From an uncultured virus (IMG/VR IMGVR_UViG_3300049571_000412) (lineage: Duplodnaviria; Heunggongvirae; Uroviricota; Caudoviricetes): a DNA stretch of 64,000 bases. A program made the translations under genes and the position numbers. The stretch is from the IMG/VR virus record IMGVR_UViG_3300049571_000412. One strand, 5' to 3'. Shown piece after piece: positions 46,662 through 56,255 of the stretch (position 1 is its first letter; each line of letters starts with the position of its first letter). Under the pieces are notes generated by a model. That model saw nothing but the letters and a program-made list of their open reading frames with translations, was not told the DNA's origin and ran no database searches.

Positions 46662-46696
46662 TTGACGTTGGTGGAAGGTCGGAGTACTCTGAGTGG
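46662..46696 (+). promoter_or_regulatory. Consensus-like promoter antisense to the tail operon
   Basis: TTGACG-17 bp-TACTCT, 6 nt before the GTG at 46697. Confidence 0.6.
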
Positions 46697-47281
46697 GTGA
46701 GATTCATCGCGCGAACGGGCCGCTCGACCGGCGTCTCCGTCGGTCCGGTAGGCCTGTTCTTCCTTGCGATCGGCTGGGTGTTCCTCGCGGCGCTCGTCGC
46801 CATCGGCTTCGTGGTGACCTGCCTCGGCATCGCCGCCGCATGGGGTCTGGATGAGGTGCGCGACCGGCGCCGCCGACCGAAGTCGACGACGCCGCGCCCC
46901 GCGCCGGGGGTCGAGCCATGGGCCCGTGGTCACCGGGAGGTCACGGCGACCGAGCGGGGCCATCATGGCCCAGCGCCGTTAGCGACCGTCTTCGGCCGCC
47001 ATCCGCGCCTTTTCGTATTCGTCGTGTTCGACCGCCGCGAGCTGCTGCCAGGCCACGTACTCGCGGTGGTTCATCGTGCGGTCGAGCTCGGCGACCGTCC
47101 GGCCCAGCTCTTTGGCGAGCCGGAACTTGAACCTAAGATCCGTCCTCTGCAGGACGAAACTCTTTGCGCGTCGCGCGCGCCTCCTCGGTGGAGCCGATCA
47201 GCTCGGCGAGCTTCAACTGCACCGCGTCGTAGGCGGTCGTCGGCAGCTTGCCGACGAACTTTTCCGCCTTCGCCGGGGTGA
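46697..47281 (+). CDS. Membrane protein moron (3' half overlaps the tail chaperone antisense)
   Basis: Long hydrophobic N-terminal segment followed by RDRRRR; leaderless start. Confidence 0.45.
   Translation: MRFIARTGRSTGVSVGPVGLFFLAIGWVFLAALVAIGFVVTCLGIAAAWGLDEVRDRRRRPKSTTPRPAPGVEPWARGHREVTATERGHHGPAPLATVFGRHPRLFVFVVFDRRELLPGHVLAVVHRAVELGDRPAQLFGEPELEPKIRPLQDETLCASRAPPRWSRSARRASTAPRRRRSSAACRRTFPPSPG
46979..47158 (-). CDS. Tail assembly chaperone second ORF (gpT-like, frameshift product)
   Basis: +1 frame reads FRLAKELGRTVAELDRTMNHREYVAW; no start of its own before the motif. Confidence 0.7.
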   Translation of the reverse strand, partial: FVLQRTDLRFKFRLAKELGRTVAELDRTMNHREYVAWQQLAAVEHDEYEKARMAAEDGR

Positions 47282-47540
47282 GCTCCGGCTTGACGACGAT
47301 CGCGGCGAAGCCCGCGGCCATCGACTTGAGGGTCGGCTTGAAGTTGCCGTCCTCGTCGCGCATCGACGGCAGTTCCTGCCGCTGCTCGACCGTCATCGGG
47401 CGGACGACGATCGAGCCGCCCAACTCGGGCAGGTACAGCGCCTCTTCGGCGAACTGGTAGCGCGTGGTGTCGGCGATCTCCTCCTCGGTGAGGATCTTCG
47501 CCTCGGGCTTCTCGATGACGGAGGTGTCCTTGTCTGCCAT
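47133..47540 (-). CDS. Tail assembly chaperone (gpG-like)
   Basis: Between the major tail and tape measure genes; LPELGGSIVVRPMT. Confidence 0.8.
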   Translation of the reverse strand: MADKDTSVIEKPEAKILTEEEIADTTRYQFAEEALYLPELGGSIVVRPMTVEQRQELPSMRDEDGNFKPTLKSMAAGFAAIVVKPELTPAKAEKFVGKLPTTAYDAVQLKLAELIGSTEEARATRKEFRPAEDGS

Positions 47541-47990
47541 CTAGGATTCCAGCGCTTCCACTTCTTCTTTTTTTTCGAGACGCTGGATGCCGTCTTCGTC
47601 GGAGTTTTCGAACGTCACGTCCGTCGTCGACGCGGCCCCCACCGACCCGTTGATCGGGTTGTAGTTCGGCAGCACCATCCCCGCGCTGGCGTAGGCCGGG
47701 TTGGTTTTCGACACTTCACCCGTGTTCGGGATGACGACGACCGGGAACGGTTCGTTCGACCCGACCAGGGCCGAGAGCGTCGCGTCGACTTTCGATTCGG
47801 CGAAGTCCTGGAACAGGGTCACCGTGATCTGGCCGTCGGGGATTCCGAGCAGCTTTTCTTTGCTTTTGGCCTTCATGCCGGTGACGTCCTGAACTTCGGT
47901 GGTCTGCGGCACGCCGACCTGCTGGACGTAGTTCGAGAAGTCCACGCCGTTGACTTTCACGGTGACGTCTCTGAGGATCTGCTTCCCCAT
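47541..47990 (-). CDS. Major tail protein
   Basis: NGVDFS...QDF...VS.TNP.Y actinophage tail-tube pattern; synteny. Confidence 0.8.
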   Translation of the reverse strand: MGKQILRDVTVKVNGVDFSNYVQQVGVPQTTEVQDVTGMKAKSKEKLLGIPDGQITVTLFQDFAESKVDATLSALVGSNEPFPVVVIPNTGEVSKTNPAYASAGMVLPNYNPINGSVGAASTTDVTFENSDEDGIQRLEKKEEVEALES

Positions 47991-47995
47991 TTTGG

Positions 47996-48211
47996 CTACT
48001 CCTTCTTCTCGCCGCCCGCAGGCGCGGCGAGAACGCCGCCCTTCGGCGCAGCCGGTTTTCCACCGTCCGCGTGTGCGGGGGTGACGGTCTTCAGGGCGCC
48101 GCTCTTCAGCAGCCGCGCCCGCTGGACGGGGTTGAGGTCGGCCTCGAACTTCGTGCCCGGCGCGTGGTCGAACACGGAGACGGGACCCACCTCGTAGGTC
48201 TCCTTCGCCAT
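47996..48211 (-). CDS. Hypothetical structural-region protein
   Basis: AAAGGG RBS; synteny. Confidence 0.55.
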   Translation of the reverse strand: MAKETYEVGPVSVFDHAPGTKFEADLNPVQRARLLKSGALKTVTPAHADGGKPAAPKGGVLAAPAGGEKKE

Positions 48212-48235
48212 ATGTGGCCCTTTCGGGGTTGGGGG

Positions 48236-48577
48236 TTAGGTGACGTCGACCGACCACTCGGCACCGAGCACGGGCCCGGCCGGGGTCGGGAAGATGCGGT
48301 GGCCGCTGTGGCGGGCCACGAAGAGGCTGGCGACGGCGCCGCCGAGGGTCGGGTCGGCGTCGAGCGCGGCCCTGATCGACAGCTCGCCGTCGTCGTCGAG
48401 CATCGCGTCGAGCCGCTCGATCGTCGCCTCGTCTTCGGGGTCGCCGACGAGGACGCGCAGGGCAAAGGTCTCGGTGCCCTCGGCGTACTTGGAGCCGGCG
48501 GAGAAGGCGCGCGCTTCGGGCGCGATCTCCTCGACGGCGGCGGCGAGCGCGCGGCGGATGTCGGTGGTGCGGCTCAT
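48236..48577 (-). CDS. Tail completion/terminator-like protein
   Basis: SIRAALDADPTLGG motif. Confidence 0.6.
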   Translation of the reverse strand: MSRTTDIRRALAAAVEEIAPEARAFSAGSKYAEGTETFALRVLVGDPEDEATIERLDAMLDDDGELSIRAALDADPTLGGAVASLFVARHSGHRIFPTPAGPVLGAEWSVDVT

Positions 48578-48996
48578 GGGGTCGGTTCCGCGTGGATCCG
48601 GTACATGCCGCCGACCTGGAAGACGATCCCGCCATTGTCGGCGCTCGCGGGCAGCGGGGGGATGTCGCTCTCGCGCCGCAGGTACATCAGGCGAGCGCCT
48701 TCGATGTCCATCGTCGCGTCGTTCAGCAGCTCCTCGCAGCGGGCGTCGATCGCCTCTGCGGGCGCCGCGTCCCCTCCACGGCAGACGCCCTTGACCGTCC
48801 AGACCTGGTTGCGCCAGAAGTCGCGCATCGACCAGACCGGGACGCCGCTCTGCCGGTGGAAGACGACGAAGGGGTAGTCGGCGGTCTGCGGCGCCATGCC
48901 GTGGTGGACGCCGCCGGTCGCGAGCGCGCACAGCGCTTCGTCGCCGGAGAGGAGGCCGCCGATCGCGGCGCGGATCGGATCGGGCGTCGCGCTCAC
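48574..48996 (-). CDS. Tail terminator (DUF3168-like)
   Basis: L..D.AL.AL..GGV...APQ...YPFVV. Confidence 0.7.
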   Translation of the reverse strand: MSATPDPIRAAIGGLLSGDEALCALATGGVHHGMAPQTADYPFVVFHRQSGVPVWSMRDFWRNQVWTVKGVCRGGDAAPAEAIDARCEELLNDATMDIEGARLMYLRRESDIPPLPASADNGGIVFQVGGMYRIHAEPTP

Positions 48997-49385
48997 CGGT
49001 AGATCCCCCCGGCCCGAATCTCGAAGCCCTCGCGCGCCGCCTCGAGCGCCGGGATCAGGTACGGGCGCGCGGACATCCCTTTCCAGTCCTCGGAGTAGGT
49101 CAGGAAATCGGGCTTGCCCGGAAACTCACTGGCGGCGCCGCGCTCGCCCGTGCCGAACTCGACGTAGGGGGCATAGGTGACCGCGGTCCCGACCTCACCC
49201 TCGAAGCCGTCGGTGTCGGCCTCGATGCTGCCGACGAGGTTGCCGGTGACCACCGAGCCGTTCTCGACCAGGTTGCGCTTGGCGCCCGCCTCCACCTCCA
49301 TACAGGTACGGGTGACGAGGTCGCGGCCGCGGAGGGTGGCGCCCTTCGTTATCTCGCCGATGCGGCTGGTGAGTTCGACCGACAT
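48993..49385 (-). CDS. HK97 gp10-like neck protein
   Basis: VTGNL..SI, YAPYVEFGT and ARPYLIPA. Confidence 0.85.
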   Translation of the reverse strand: MSVELTSRIGEITKGATLRGRDLVTRTCMEVEAGAKRNLVENGSVVTGNLVGSIEADTDGFEGEVGTAVTYAPYVEFGTGERGAASEFPGKPDFLTYSEDWKGMSARPYLIPALEAAREGFEIRAGGIYR

Positions 49386-49780
49386 CAGCCTTCCCCTTCG
49401 TCTTCGATCTCGATGTCGCCAGTGGCCACGATGCAGTGCAGCTCCCGGCCGAGCTCGATACTGCGCCGGCTGACGGCGATGACCTCGTAGCGACCGTGGT
49501 CGGTCGTCTCGACCTGGTCGCGCTCGCTGATCTCGGTCCCGGCGGGCAGCACGATGAAGTCGGTCGTGCGGTCGTCGATGCGGTCTCCGGGGTTGCTGAC
49601 ACCCTCTCCCCCACCCGCCGGACCGAGCGCGCAGCGCAGTTCGGGACCACGGGTGTAGACGACGGTCCGCCCGCCGATCCCGTTGTCGGCTTCGGCGCGG
49701 GTAAGCACATGGCAGGGCTCGACCAGCAGGGGCTTGACGGCGGCGTCCACGGCCGCCTGGGAGAAACCGGGGATGGCCAT
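49385..49780 (-). CDS. Head closure/stopper protein
   Basis: DNGIGG...LPAGTEISERD; synteny. Confidence 0.7.
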   Translation of the reverse strand: MAIPGFSQAAVDAAVKPLLVEPCHVLTRAEADNGIGGRTVVYTRGPELRCALGPAGGGEGVSNPGDRIDDRTTDFIVLPAGTEISERDQVETTDHGRYEVIAVSRRSIELGRELHCIVATGDIEIEDEGEG

Positions 49781-50235
49781 CAGTCGATCCGGTGCTTGTC
49801 GAACTGGCGGCGCCGGAAGGCGGGCTGTGCGCGGTCGGCGTCCTCGCGGCGGGCGGCCTTGTCGGAGCGGCTGATGCCGCCGGCGAACGGCGCGGCGTTG
49901 TTCCCTGCGATCTTGGAGCGGAGTTCGGCGGCGCAGTTCGCGAGCGCTTCGGAGGAGCCCGTGTAGGAGATGCTGAGGTCGCCCGTCGACACGTTGGCGA
50001 GCTGCGCGTAGCGGCGCGACAGCGACTCCAGGCAGGCCGCGGCGGCGCCCTTCACGCTCCCCTCGGCGTCCAGCGCGAATTCGATCTGGGCGTCGGTCAG
50101 CGCCGGCGCGTCGGCGTCGAGGTCTCCGACTTCGAACCGGACCGCCTGTAATTCATCTGCGCTCGCTGCGGCGAAGGTCTCCGTCGTCAGCGGCGCCGCA
50201 GTGGATGCGCGGGCGCCCTTGCGCGGGCGCCTCAT
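49780..50235 (-). CDS. Head-tail adaptor protein
   Basis: VRFEVGD...LTDAQIEFAL...AAAACLE. Confidence 0.7.
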   Translation of the reverse strand: MRRPRKGARASTAAPLTTETFAAASADELQAVRFEVGDLDADAPALTDAQIEFALDAEGSVKGAAAACLESLSRRYAQLANVSTGDLSISYTGSSEALANCAAELRSKIAGNNAAPFAGGISRSDKAARREDADRAQPAFRRRQFDKHRID

Positions 50236-50615
50236 TTTTTGGACCCCGGTGCCGGGTGGATCGTGAACTCGTCGCCTTCGACCCAGAACTCCTTGGGCGG
50301 CGTCGAGGCGGCGTCGATGACGACCTTCAGGTAGGACGTGTAGGTGTCCGCCGAGCCCGACGCCGTGTCTTCGGCCGCCAGGACGTATTTCCAGTTGTAG
50401 CCCAGCGGGGAGGCTTTGTCGGCTTTGGCTTCGGCGTCTTCGGAGGAGAGCGCTTCGGCTTCTCCTTCGATCACTTCCCCGATGGTGGCGGCCACGGCGA
50501 GGAAGAGAAGTTCGTCGGCGCCGCTCAGGTCCATCAGCGATTCGCCGTCGGTCTCAAGCGCCGCGCCTCGGATCGGCGGGTAGGTGTCGCCCTCGAACAG
50601 TTTCGGTTCAGCCAT
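50232..50615 (-). CDS. BppU N-terminal-like structural protein
   Basis: GDTYPPI...DLSGA...Y...DT pattern. Confidence 0.5.
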   Translation of the reverse strand: MAEPKLFEGDTYPPIRGAALETDGESLMDLSGADELLFLAVAATIGEVIEGEAEALSSEDAEAKADKASPLGYNWKYVLAAEDTASGSADTYTSYLKVVIDAASTPPKEFWVEGDEFTIHPAPGSKK

Positions 50616-51648
50616 CGAGGATTACCTCCGGGTCGTGCGGGGCGAGGATCAGGGACGGGGCGCGGTCGGCGAGGACCATCGTCGGGGCGCGGTCCGCCAA
50701 GGCGAGGGAGGGCGCGCGCCCTCCGAGCACGAGTCTCGTCGGGCGGTCGACGGGCGGTAGTTCGGGGCTGACGACGTGCCAGCTGTCGATCCCGGTGCCG
50801 ACCAGCGCGAGTGCGCCGTCAGCGGCATCCTCCGCCTCCAGAGCGTCCGTCCCGGTGATGTCGAAGGTCAAGGTCACTGAGTCGGCGTCCGAGGCGCCGA
50901 ACGCCTCCGCGCCGGTCCCGACGAGGGCCATCACCGCAGTGCCGGAATCCTCAGAGCTGGAGCGGAATTCGTCGCTGCCCGAGCCCGTGAGGGTGAGGTA
51001 GCCGACCCCGGCGTCCTCGGCCAGCGCGGCGTCGGCGCCGGAACCCGAGATCTGGATCGCGCAGGATCCGGCGTCGTCATATTCGACCGGTTCGGCCTCT
51101 TCTTCCCCTTCTACTTCGAAGACGACGTCGACGCCGTAGTTCGTTTCGTTGAACTGTTCCGAGGGCATGGCCAGCGCGGCGCCGACCTTGAACCGCCCGT
51201 TCCCGCCGGGGACCGATCCACCTTTCGGGGCGATCATGATCCCCGGCACTTCGGCCGCTTTGGCGAAATAGTGCGCCAATGCCCAGTAGGCGGGGCCGCC
51301 GGTCAGCCGGTCATGCAGGTAGCCGACCACGTAGACGTTCCCCGGTTTCAGGGTCGGCGGGACGGTTATCGCCGCTTCGACCCACTGGGACGCCGCAGGT
51401 TCTTCCGTGACCGCCGATAGCCCTTCCCCGATGAGGTCCCCGGTCGAGCGCTCCCAGATCCCGACCTTCACCGGCCAGGTCATCGTGGCGCCGGCGTTCT
51501 TCGGGAAGTAGAAGCGAACCGCCTTGCCTTTGCCTTCGACCAGGACTTCGAAGGCCACGCCGAACGTGTAGTCGGTCGCATCTCCCGTCACGGCGGCGCC
51601 CCCGAATGAGGGCGGGTCCGTCGTCCCGAAGAAGGTGTAGGTGGCCAT
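50608..51648 (-). CDS. DUF4082-like domain structural protein
   Basis: TFGVAF...VRFY...YVVGY...TNYGVDVVF followed by an acidic repetitive stalk. Confidence 0.65.
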   Translation of the reverse strand: MATYTFFGTTDPPSFGGAAVTGDATDYTFGVAFEVLVEGKGKAVRFYFPKNAGATMTWPVKVGIWERSTGDLIGEGLSAVTEEPAASQWVEAAITVPPTLKPGNVYVVGYLHDRLTGGPAYWALAHYFAKAAEVPGIMIAPKGGSVPGGNGRFKVGAALAMPSEQFNETNYGVDVVFEVEGEEEAEPVEYDDAGSCAIQISGSGADAALAEDAGVGYLTLTGSGSDEFRSSSEDSGTAVMALVGTGAEAFGASDADSVTLTFDITGTDALEAEDAADGALALVGTGIDSWHVVSPELPPVDRPTRLVLGGRAPSLALADRAPTMVLADRAPSLILAPHDPEVILDG

Positions 51649-51653
51649 TGCGC

Positions 51654-52808
51654 CTATGGCCTCGGTATGACGGCTCCGGTGTCGTCGTCCACGTTTCCCG
51701 ACCAGGTCACTTCCTTGCCGAGCGTGTAGGCGAGGCCGTAGTAGCCGTAGCCCGGGAAGTAGGCCCTCGAGAAGTGGTTGTCCACGATCGTGCAGGAGCC
51801 GGTCGTCGCCGACTTCGCGTTGCAGCCGAGCATGTAGCCGCCGCCGGCCAGGAGCGAGTCTTCGACCACCACGTGGTTGTTCGAGCAGTCCCCGAAGATC
51901 AGTGAGGTCTCGCCGTGTTCGTTCAGCAGCGTCGAGTCCCTGACCGTCGCGTCCTCGTCGCAGAGATAGACGTTCTCGGAGTGGTTGCCCGGATAGGAGG
52001 CGTCCACGATGACGTAGGAGCCTTCGATCGTCACCGGCCCCTCGATGTTGTCGGGGGTGCCATGGACGAAGGATCTGATGATCTTGAAGCCGGAGTTCGC
52101 GTAGTGGTTCCACACGTTCGACTGCGGCGCGTTCGTCTTCGACCCGTTCCCGGCCAGCTCGGAGTCTTCGATCGTGACATCGTCGGCGCCTTGGGCCAGG
52201 CTGACCCCGGTGGTGCCGCCGCCTCCCGCGGTGGGCTTCACGACCGAGTCCACCAGCTTGCCTCCACTGCCGGTGAAGATGACGCCCGTGGCTTCGACTC
52301 CCGAGACCGTCTGGCCGGCCTTGACGGTGATTTCGCCGACCTTGCGGAGCGCGGTGCCCGCGGGGACGCCCACGGTGCCGGGGTCCGGGTAGCCGCAGGC
52401 GCTCGGGTCCGGGAAGCAGTGCAGCGAGCGCGTCGGTTCTTCGTGGGGAGGTTCTTCGACGGGCTGTTCGGAGCTGCCGCGAGGGCCTTCAGGGCCCTGC
52501 GGCCCGGCGATGCCCTGCGGCCCCTGCGGCCCCTGCGGCCCGACCGCCCCGGCGGGACCTGATGGCCCGGGCTCGCCCTGCGGACCTGTGGGACCCTGCG
52601 GTCCGGGCACTGGGGCGCGGGCTTCGAGGGCCGCGATCCGACCTTCAATCCTCGCGACCGCCGCCCAGAGGTTCTTCCCCTGCTGGGTGACGCGCGCGTC
52701 CTGATTTCGGTCCCGTTCCTGCTGGTTCGTTGCCCCGACCACGACGGCCGGGGCGATCACCAGCGCCGCGACGAAGAGGGCGAGTGCGAGAAGCGTCTGG
52801 CGCTTCAT
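51654..52808 (-). CDS. Signal-peptide protein with coiled coil, collagen repeat and beta-helix-like domain
   Basis: Hydrophobic N-terminus; about 14 Gly-X-Y triplets; CGYPD...GVP.GT.L followed by VTIEDS repeats. Confidence 0.7.
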   Translation of the reverse strand: MKRQTLLALALFVAALVIAPAVVVGATNQQERDRNQDARVTQQGKNLWAAVARIEGRIAALEARAPVPGPQGPTGPQGEPGPSGPAGAVGPQGPQGPQGIAGPQGPEGPRGSSEQPVEEPPHEEPTRSLHCFPDPSACGYPDPGTVGVPAGTALRKVGEITVKAGQTVSGVEATGVIFTGSGGKLVDSVVKPTAGGGGTTGVSLAQGADDVTIEDSELAGNGSKTNAPQSNVWNHYANSGFKIIRSFVHGTPDNIEGPVTIEGSYVIVDASYPGNHSENVYLCDEDATVRDSTLLNEHGETSLIFGDCSNNHVVVEDSLLAGGGYMLGCNAKSATTGSCTIVDNHFSRAYFPGYGYYGLAYTLGKEVTWSGNVDDDTGAVIPRP

Positions 52809-53203
52809 CCGGCTGCCCTCGCACGGACGGTCGGGGTGAAGCTCTCGGTGGTGTTCGCCGCGTTCATGACGCGGGCGGCTCCGCCTGCCTGCAGGTTCCA
52901 GGCGGCGATCAGTTTCGCGCCGACCGACATCACGCAGCTTTTGACGCCGGCGGGCCAGTCGGTCGCGTCGCCGGTTTCCCAGGTCTGTTTAGCGAGGGAG
53001 ATCGCACCGTCTTCGGCGCTCGGCACTTCCTCGGTCTGGGCTTCATAGCCCGTGCCGGCTGCCACGCCGTAGCCGCCGGCGTGGGTGGTTTTCGCGGTGA
53101 ATTCGTCCACCTCTTTCGTGGACAGATCGAAGCTCGCCATCTGGCCAGGGAGGCCGTTGAGGACGAGCGTGTCGCCCTCTTCGAAGGTGATGGAGTCGGC
53201 CAT
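52805..53203 (-). CDS. Hypothetical protein
   Basis: GAGAGGT RBS; ATGA coupling. Confidence 0.55.
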   Translation of the reverse strand: MADSITFEEGDTLVLNGLPGQMASFDLSTKEVDEFTAKTTHAGGYGVAAGTGYEAQTEEVPSAEDGAISLAKQTWETGDATDWPAGVKSCVMSVGAKLIAAWNLQAGGAARVMNAANTTESFTPTVRARAAG

Positions 53204-53262
53204 CGTGAACTACCTCTCCGCCCCACGGCCGGGTTGCCGCAGGGCACTCATGGGGGATTGGG

Positions 53263-53760
53263 CTACTCGCCGTCGCCGGTACTCTCGGCGTCGGCCAGGG
53301 CCTTCTCGACCGCGGCGCGGCCACGGACCTTCGAGCCGTCGGGCAACTCGTAGTAGCCGCCGCCGAGGGGCTTGGCCTTCGACAGCAGGTCGTCGTCGAC
53401 AGGCGGCGCCGGATCCGGCGGGAGGTCGCCGTCGGACTCCGACTCGCCGTCGCCGGTACTCTCGGCGTCGGCCGCGTCGCCGGGCGTCTCTGTCTCGGTC
53501 TCCGCGGGCTGCTCGCGCAGCTCGGCGACCTCGTCGGCCAGAGCTTTGGCCGACTCGACCAATGCGGCGTGCTCGGCCTTCAGGGCCTCGTAGGCCTCGG
53601 CCAACTCGGCGTCGGACATCTCCTCGGCCTCTTTGACCTCAGCAATCTGGCCCAGACGGAGGAGGGACGCGTAGTTGCGCCCCTCCTCGTCCGGCACCGG
53701 CTCACCGGGGGCGATCGTCCCGTCGCCCCACTTGAGGTGCTGTCGGGCGACGTAGCCCAT
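53263..53760 (-). CDS. Acidic head-associated hypothetical protein
   Basis: TGATG-coupled to the capsid gene; GGGYYELPDG module. Confidence 0.6.
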   Translation of the reverse strand: MGYVARQHLKWGDGTIAPGEPVPDEEGRNYASLLRLGQIAEVKEAEEMSDAELAEAYEALKAEHAALVESAKALADEVAELREQPAETETETPGDAADAESTGDGESESDGDLPPDPAPPVDDDLLSKAKPLGGGYYELPDGSKVRGRAAVEKALADAESTGDGE

Positions 53761-54767
53761 CAGGCGACAACGTCCTCGAAGAAGATGCCGAGCTCGGAGG
53801 CGACGACTTTCTGGTCGGACGCCTCCTTGATCTGCATGACGTCGGAACTCGCGAGCCCGTCGCGGCCGCGCTGGATGGTCCCGCCGAACGCGTTGGTCTC
53901 GCCGGGGATCAGGCCAGTCCACGCGAACGTGTAGCCGCCCGAGGGCTGGTCGATCGCCGGGGCGGGCGCCGCGTAGACGAGGAGCATGTCCTTGCGGCCG
54001 ACGATGAAGTCGATGGCATCCGCGGCCCCCTCCTTCGCTTTGTTGATGACGCCACCCGGCACGAGGACGCGATCCACGCCGAAGAGCTCCGCGAGGAGCT
54101 CGGCGGTGACGATCCCCCGCTGGGTGTATTTGATGACGTCCTTCACCTCCGGGTGGTTTTTGATCTTCCGAAAGGTGTCGCGACCCAGGACCAGCGTGTT
54201 CGGCTCGTAGCCGGTGGTGCTGGCGATTTCATCGCGGTTCTCGTCGATGAATTCGATCGGTTCCGAACCCGACTGGTCGAACTGCAGGAATTCGCCTTCG
54301 CCCGGTTCTTTGGCCTTGCCTTTCAGGTCCAGGCCCCAGACCCCGGTCTTGAAGAACGCTTCGGTCCAGAGCCGGTCGTTGTGGATCATCACCTGCGTGG
54401 TGAGCAGGTTGGCGGCGGCCTTGTCCGGGTCCATCGGCTGGTCCGCGTTTTTGCGCGTCCGGTCGTCGATGGTGGTCTCCAGGCCTTCCTCCTCGCAGAG
54501 ATAAGTGCCCTCGGACTTATTCACCCCGGCGCTCGGCGGGCGGCCACCGAGCGGACGAGGGCCGACCTCGTCACGGAAGAAGGACCCCTTGTCCCAGATT
54601 CCGTATTTGTCCGAGGCGTTGTTGACGCCGACGATCGGGAAGACCTGTGGCGCAACGAATTTGCGCGGGTCCTGCGCCCAACCGACCGACATGTTCGTCA
54701 GCCAGCGGTCGACGTGGAGGTCCGCCGGGCCCGGCTGATCCTTGTTGATTTTCGTGACAGCGCTCAT
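53760..54767 (-). CDS. Major capsid protein
   Basis: HVD..LTN.S, FPIV.V, PNTLVLG...NHP and PSGGYTF.W; follows the decoration and scaffold genes. Confidence 0.85.
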   Translation of the reverse strand: MSAVTKINKDQPGPADLHVDRWLTNMSVGWAQDPRKFVAPQVFPIVGVNNASDKYGIWDKGSFFRDEVGPRPLGGRPPSAGVNKSEGTYLCEEEGLETTIDDRTRKNADQPMDPDKAAANLLTTQVMIHNDRLWTEAFFKTGVWGLDLKGKAKEPGEGEFLQFDQSGSEPIEFIDENRDEIASTTGYEPNTLVLGRDTFRKIKNHPEVKDVIKYTQRGIVTAELLAELFGVDRVLVPGGVINKAKEGAADAIDFIVGRKDMLLVYAAPAPAIDQPSGGYTFAWTGLIPGETNAFGGTIQRGRDGLASSDVMQIKEASDQKVVASELGIFFEDVVA

Positions 54768-54798
54768 GAGCGTTATCTCCTTCTGGGGTCAGCCGGGG

Positions 54799-55200
54799 CT
54801 ACGCGCGCCCGGCGGTCGGGGTGGAGAGGAAACGGGCGAGCTCGCCGGCGGCGGCCTCCTCGACAGCGAGTCCGATCACGCGGGAGCCGAGGGCTTCGAC
54901 TTTTTCTTCCTCGATGACGGTCGCGGTGGCGGCGACGAGCTTGCCTTCCGCACCCGCCGAGACGAGTTGTCCGGCTTTGATGTTCCCGCCGGCGACTGCC
55001 TTCGGTTCACCGCCGTTGGCATAGGTCGCCTGCGCACCTTCGGGGGCGTTCTCCTGGAGGGAGAACGCGATGTCTCCGGCTCCGGCGAGGACGAGCTTTC
55101 CGGCTTCGTTCAGCTTGACCAGGCGGAACTGCTTCGTCGACAGGTCGGCACCCGCCGGGGCGGTCGCGAGGTGATGGGAGGCTAGGCGCTGGGTGGCCAT
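54799..55200 (-). CDS. Capsid cement/decoration protein (DUF2190-like)
   Basis: AGADLS..QFRLVKL...AGGNI.AG..V. Confidence 0.75.
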   Translation of the reverse strand: MATQRLASHHLATAPAGADLSTKQFRLVKLNEAGKLVLAGAGDIAFSLQENAPEGAQATYANGGEPKAVAGGNIKAGQLVSAGAEGKLVAATATVIEEEKVEALGSRVIGLAVEEAAAGELARFLSTPTAGRA

Positions 55201-55233
55201 TTGAGGTTCTCCTTCTGGGTTGGCCGGGGCCGC

Positions 55234-56199
55234 CTAACGGCGGACCTCGGCGAGGTAGGCGGCCTGCAGCTCGGGGTTTTCGTCCCCGGCCTTTTCGAGG
55301 GCCTGCTCCGGGGTGAGCGAGGAGTCGGACTTGCGGATCTCCTCGGCCTTCTGCTTGAGCTGGGCGAAGGCGTCCGCACCCGGCTCGGTGACGCCGTCGG
55401 CGCCGGCGGTCGAGAAGAGCTCGCCCTTCTCGATGCCCTCGTTGGTGGCCTTGAGCAGCGTCTCCAGGGCCTCGTAGGACTCCTTGGGCAGCTTCTCGCT
55501 GGCTTCCTTCAGGATCGGTCCGAGGTCGTCGGCTTTGGTCGGGAGCGAGTCGAAGGCCTCGGCCTTGGCGACGAACTCCTTATCGAGGCGCGCGTCGCGC
55601 TCGGCGTCTGCCTTCGCGATCGCTTCGTCCGCCTTCTTCTGGGCGGCAGCGGTGGCGTCTTCGGCCTTCTTGAGGGCGGCCTTGGCGGCCGGCGACAGGT
55701 CGGCCTTCTCCAGCTCGGCCTTCTCGGTGGCCTTCTCGATCGCGGCCTCGACCTCGGCGACGGCGTCCTTGGAGACGCCCGCCTTCTTGAGGGCGGCGAC
55801 GAGCTCGGAGGCGTTCTTGGCCTCCAGCGACGGGCCCTCGGCCTCGGGCAGCTCCAGCCCTGCGGCCTTGACGACATCGGCGACGATCTCCGGGGTCAGG
55901 TCGCCCTTGTGGGTGGCGAGCAGGCGGGCGACGCCGTCCAGCGCGAGCGCGGCCTGCTCGGAGTCGGCGGCCTTCTCGACGAGGGCAGGTAGCGTGTCGG
56001 CCTTCTCGACGGCGTCGCCGAGCTGGTCGATCAGCTCCTTGGTCAGTTTCGACATGCGGTGTCCTCCTTCGGACGGGTGATCGGAGTCGCGCTTCCACAG
56101 GTAGAAGCGCATGGGTTCGGACTGCTCGACGGCGTCACGACAGGCGGCCCTGTCGACCAGCGACACGAACTCGACGTCGAGACTCTTGAGTTGGGGCAT
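55234..56199 (-). CDS. Capsid scaffolding protein (internal start at 56055)
   Basis: Ala/Lys/Glu coiled coil ending ENPELQAAY; AGGAGG RBS at both starts. Confidence 0.75.
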   Translation of the reverse strand: MPQLKSLDVEFVSLVDRAACRDAVEQSEPMRFYLWKRDSDHPSEGGHRMSKLTKELIDQLGDAVEKADTLPALVEKAADSEQAALALDGVARLLATHKGDLTPEIVADVVKAAGLELPEAEGPSLEAKNASELVAALKKAGVSKDAVAEVEAAIEKATEKAELEKADLSPAAKAALKKAEDATAAAQKKADEAIAKADAERDARLDKEFVAKAEAFDSLPTKADDLGPILKEASEKLPKESYEALETLLKATNEGIEKGELFSTAGADGVTEPGADAFAQLKQKAEEIRKSDSSLTPEQALEKAGDENPELQAAYLAEVRR

Positions 56200-56255
56200 G
56201 GGGCCTCCTTGGCTCGCGAGCGAGCCGACGGGAGTGGGATGAAGTGCATGGCGGG

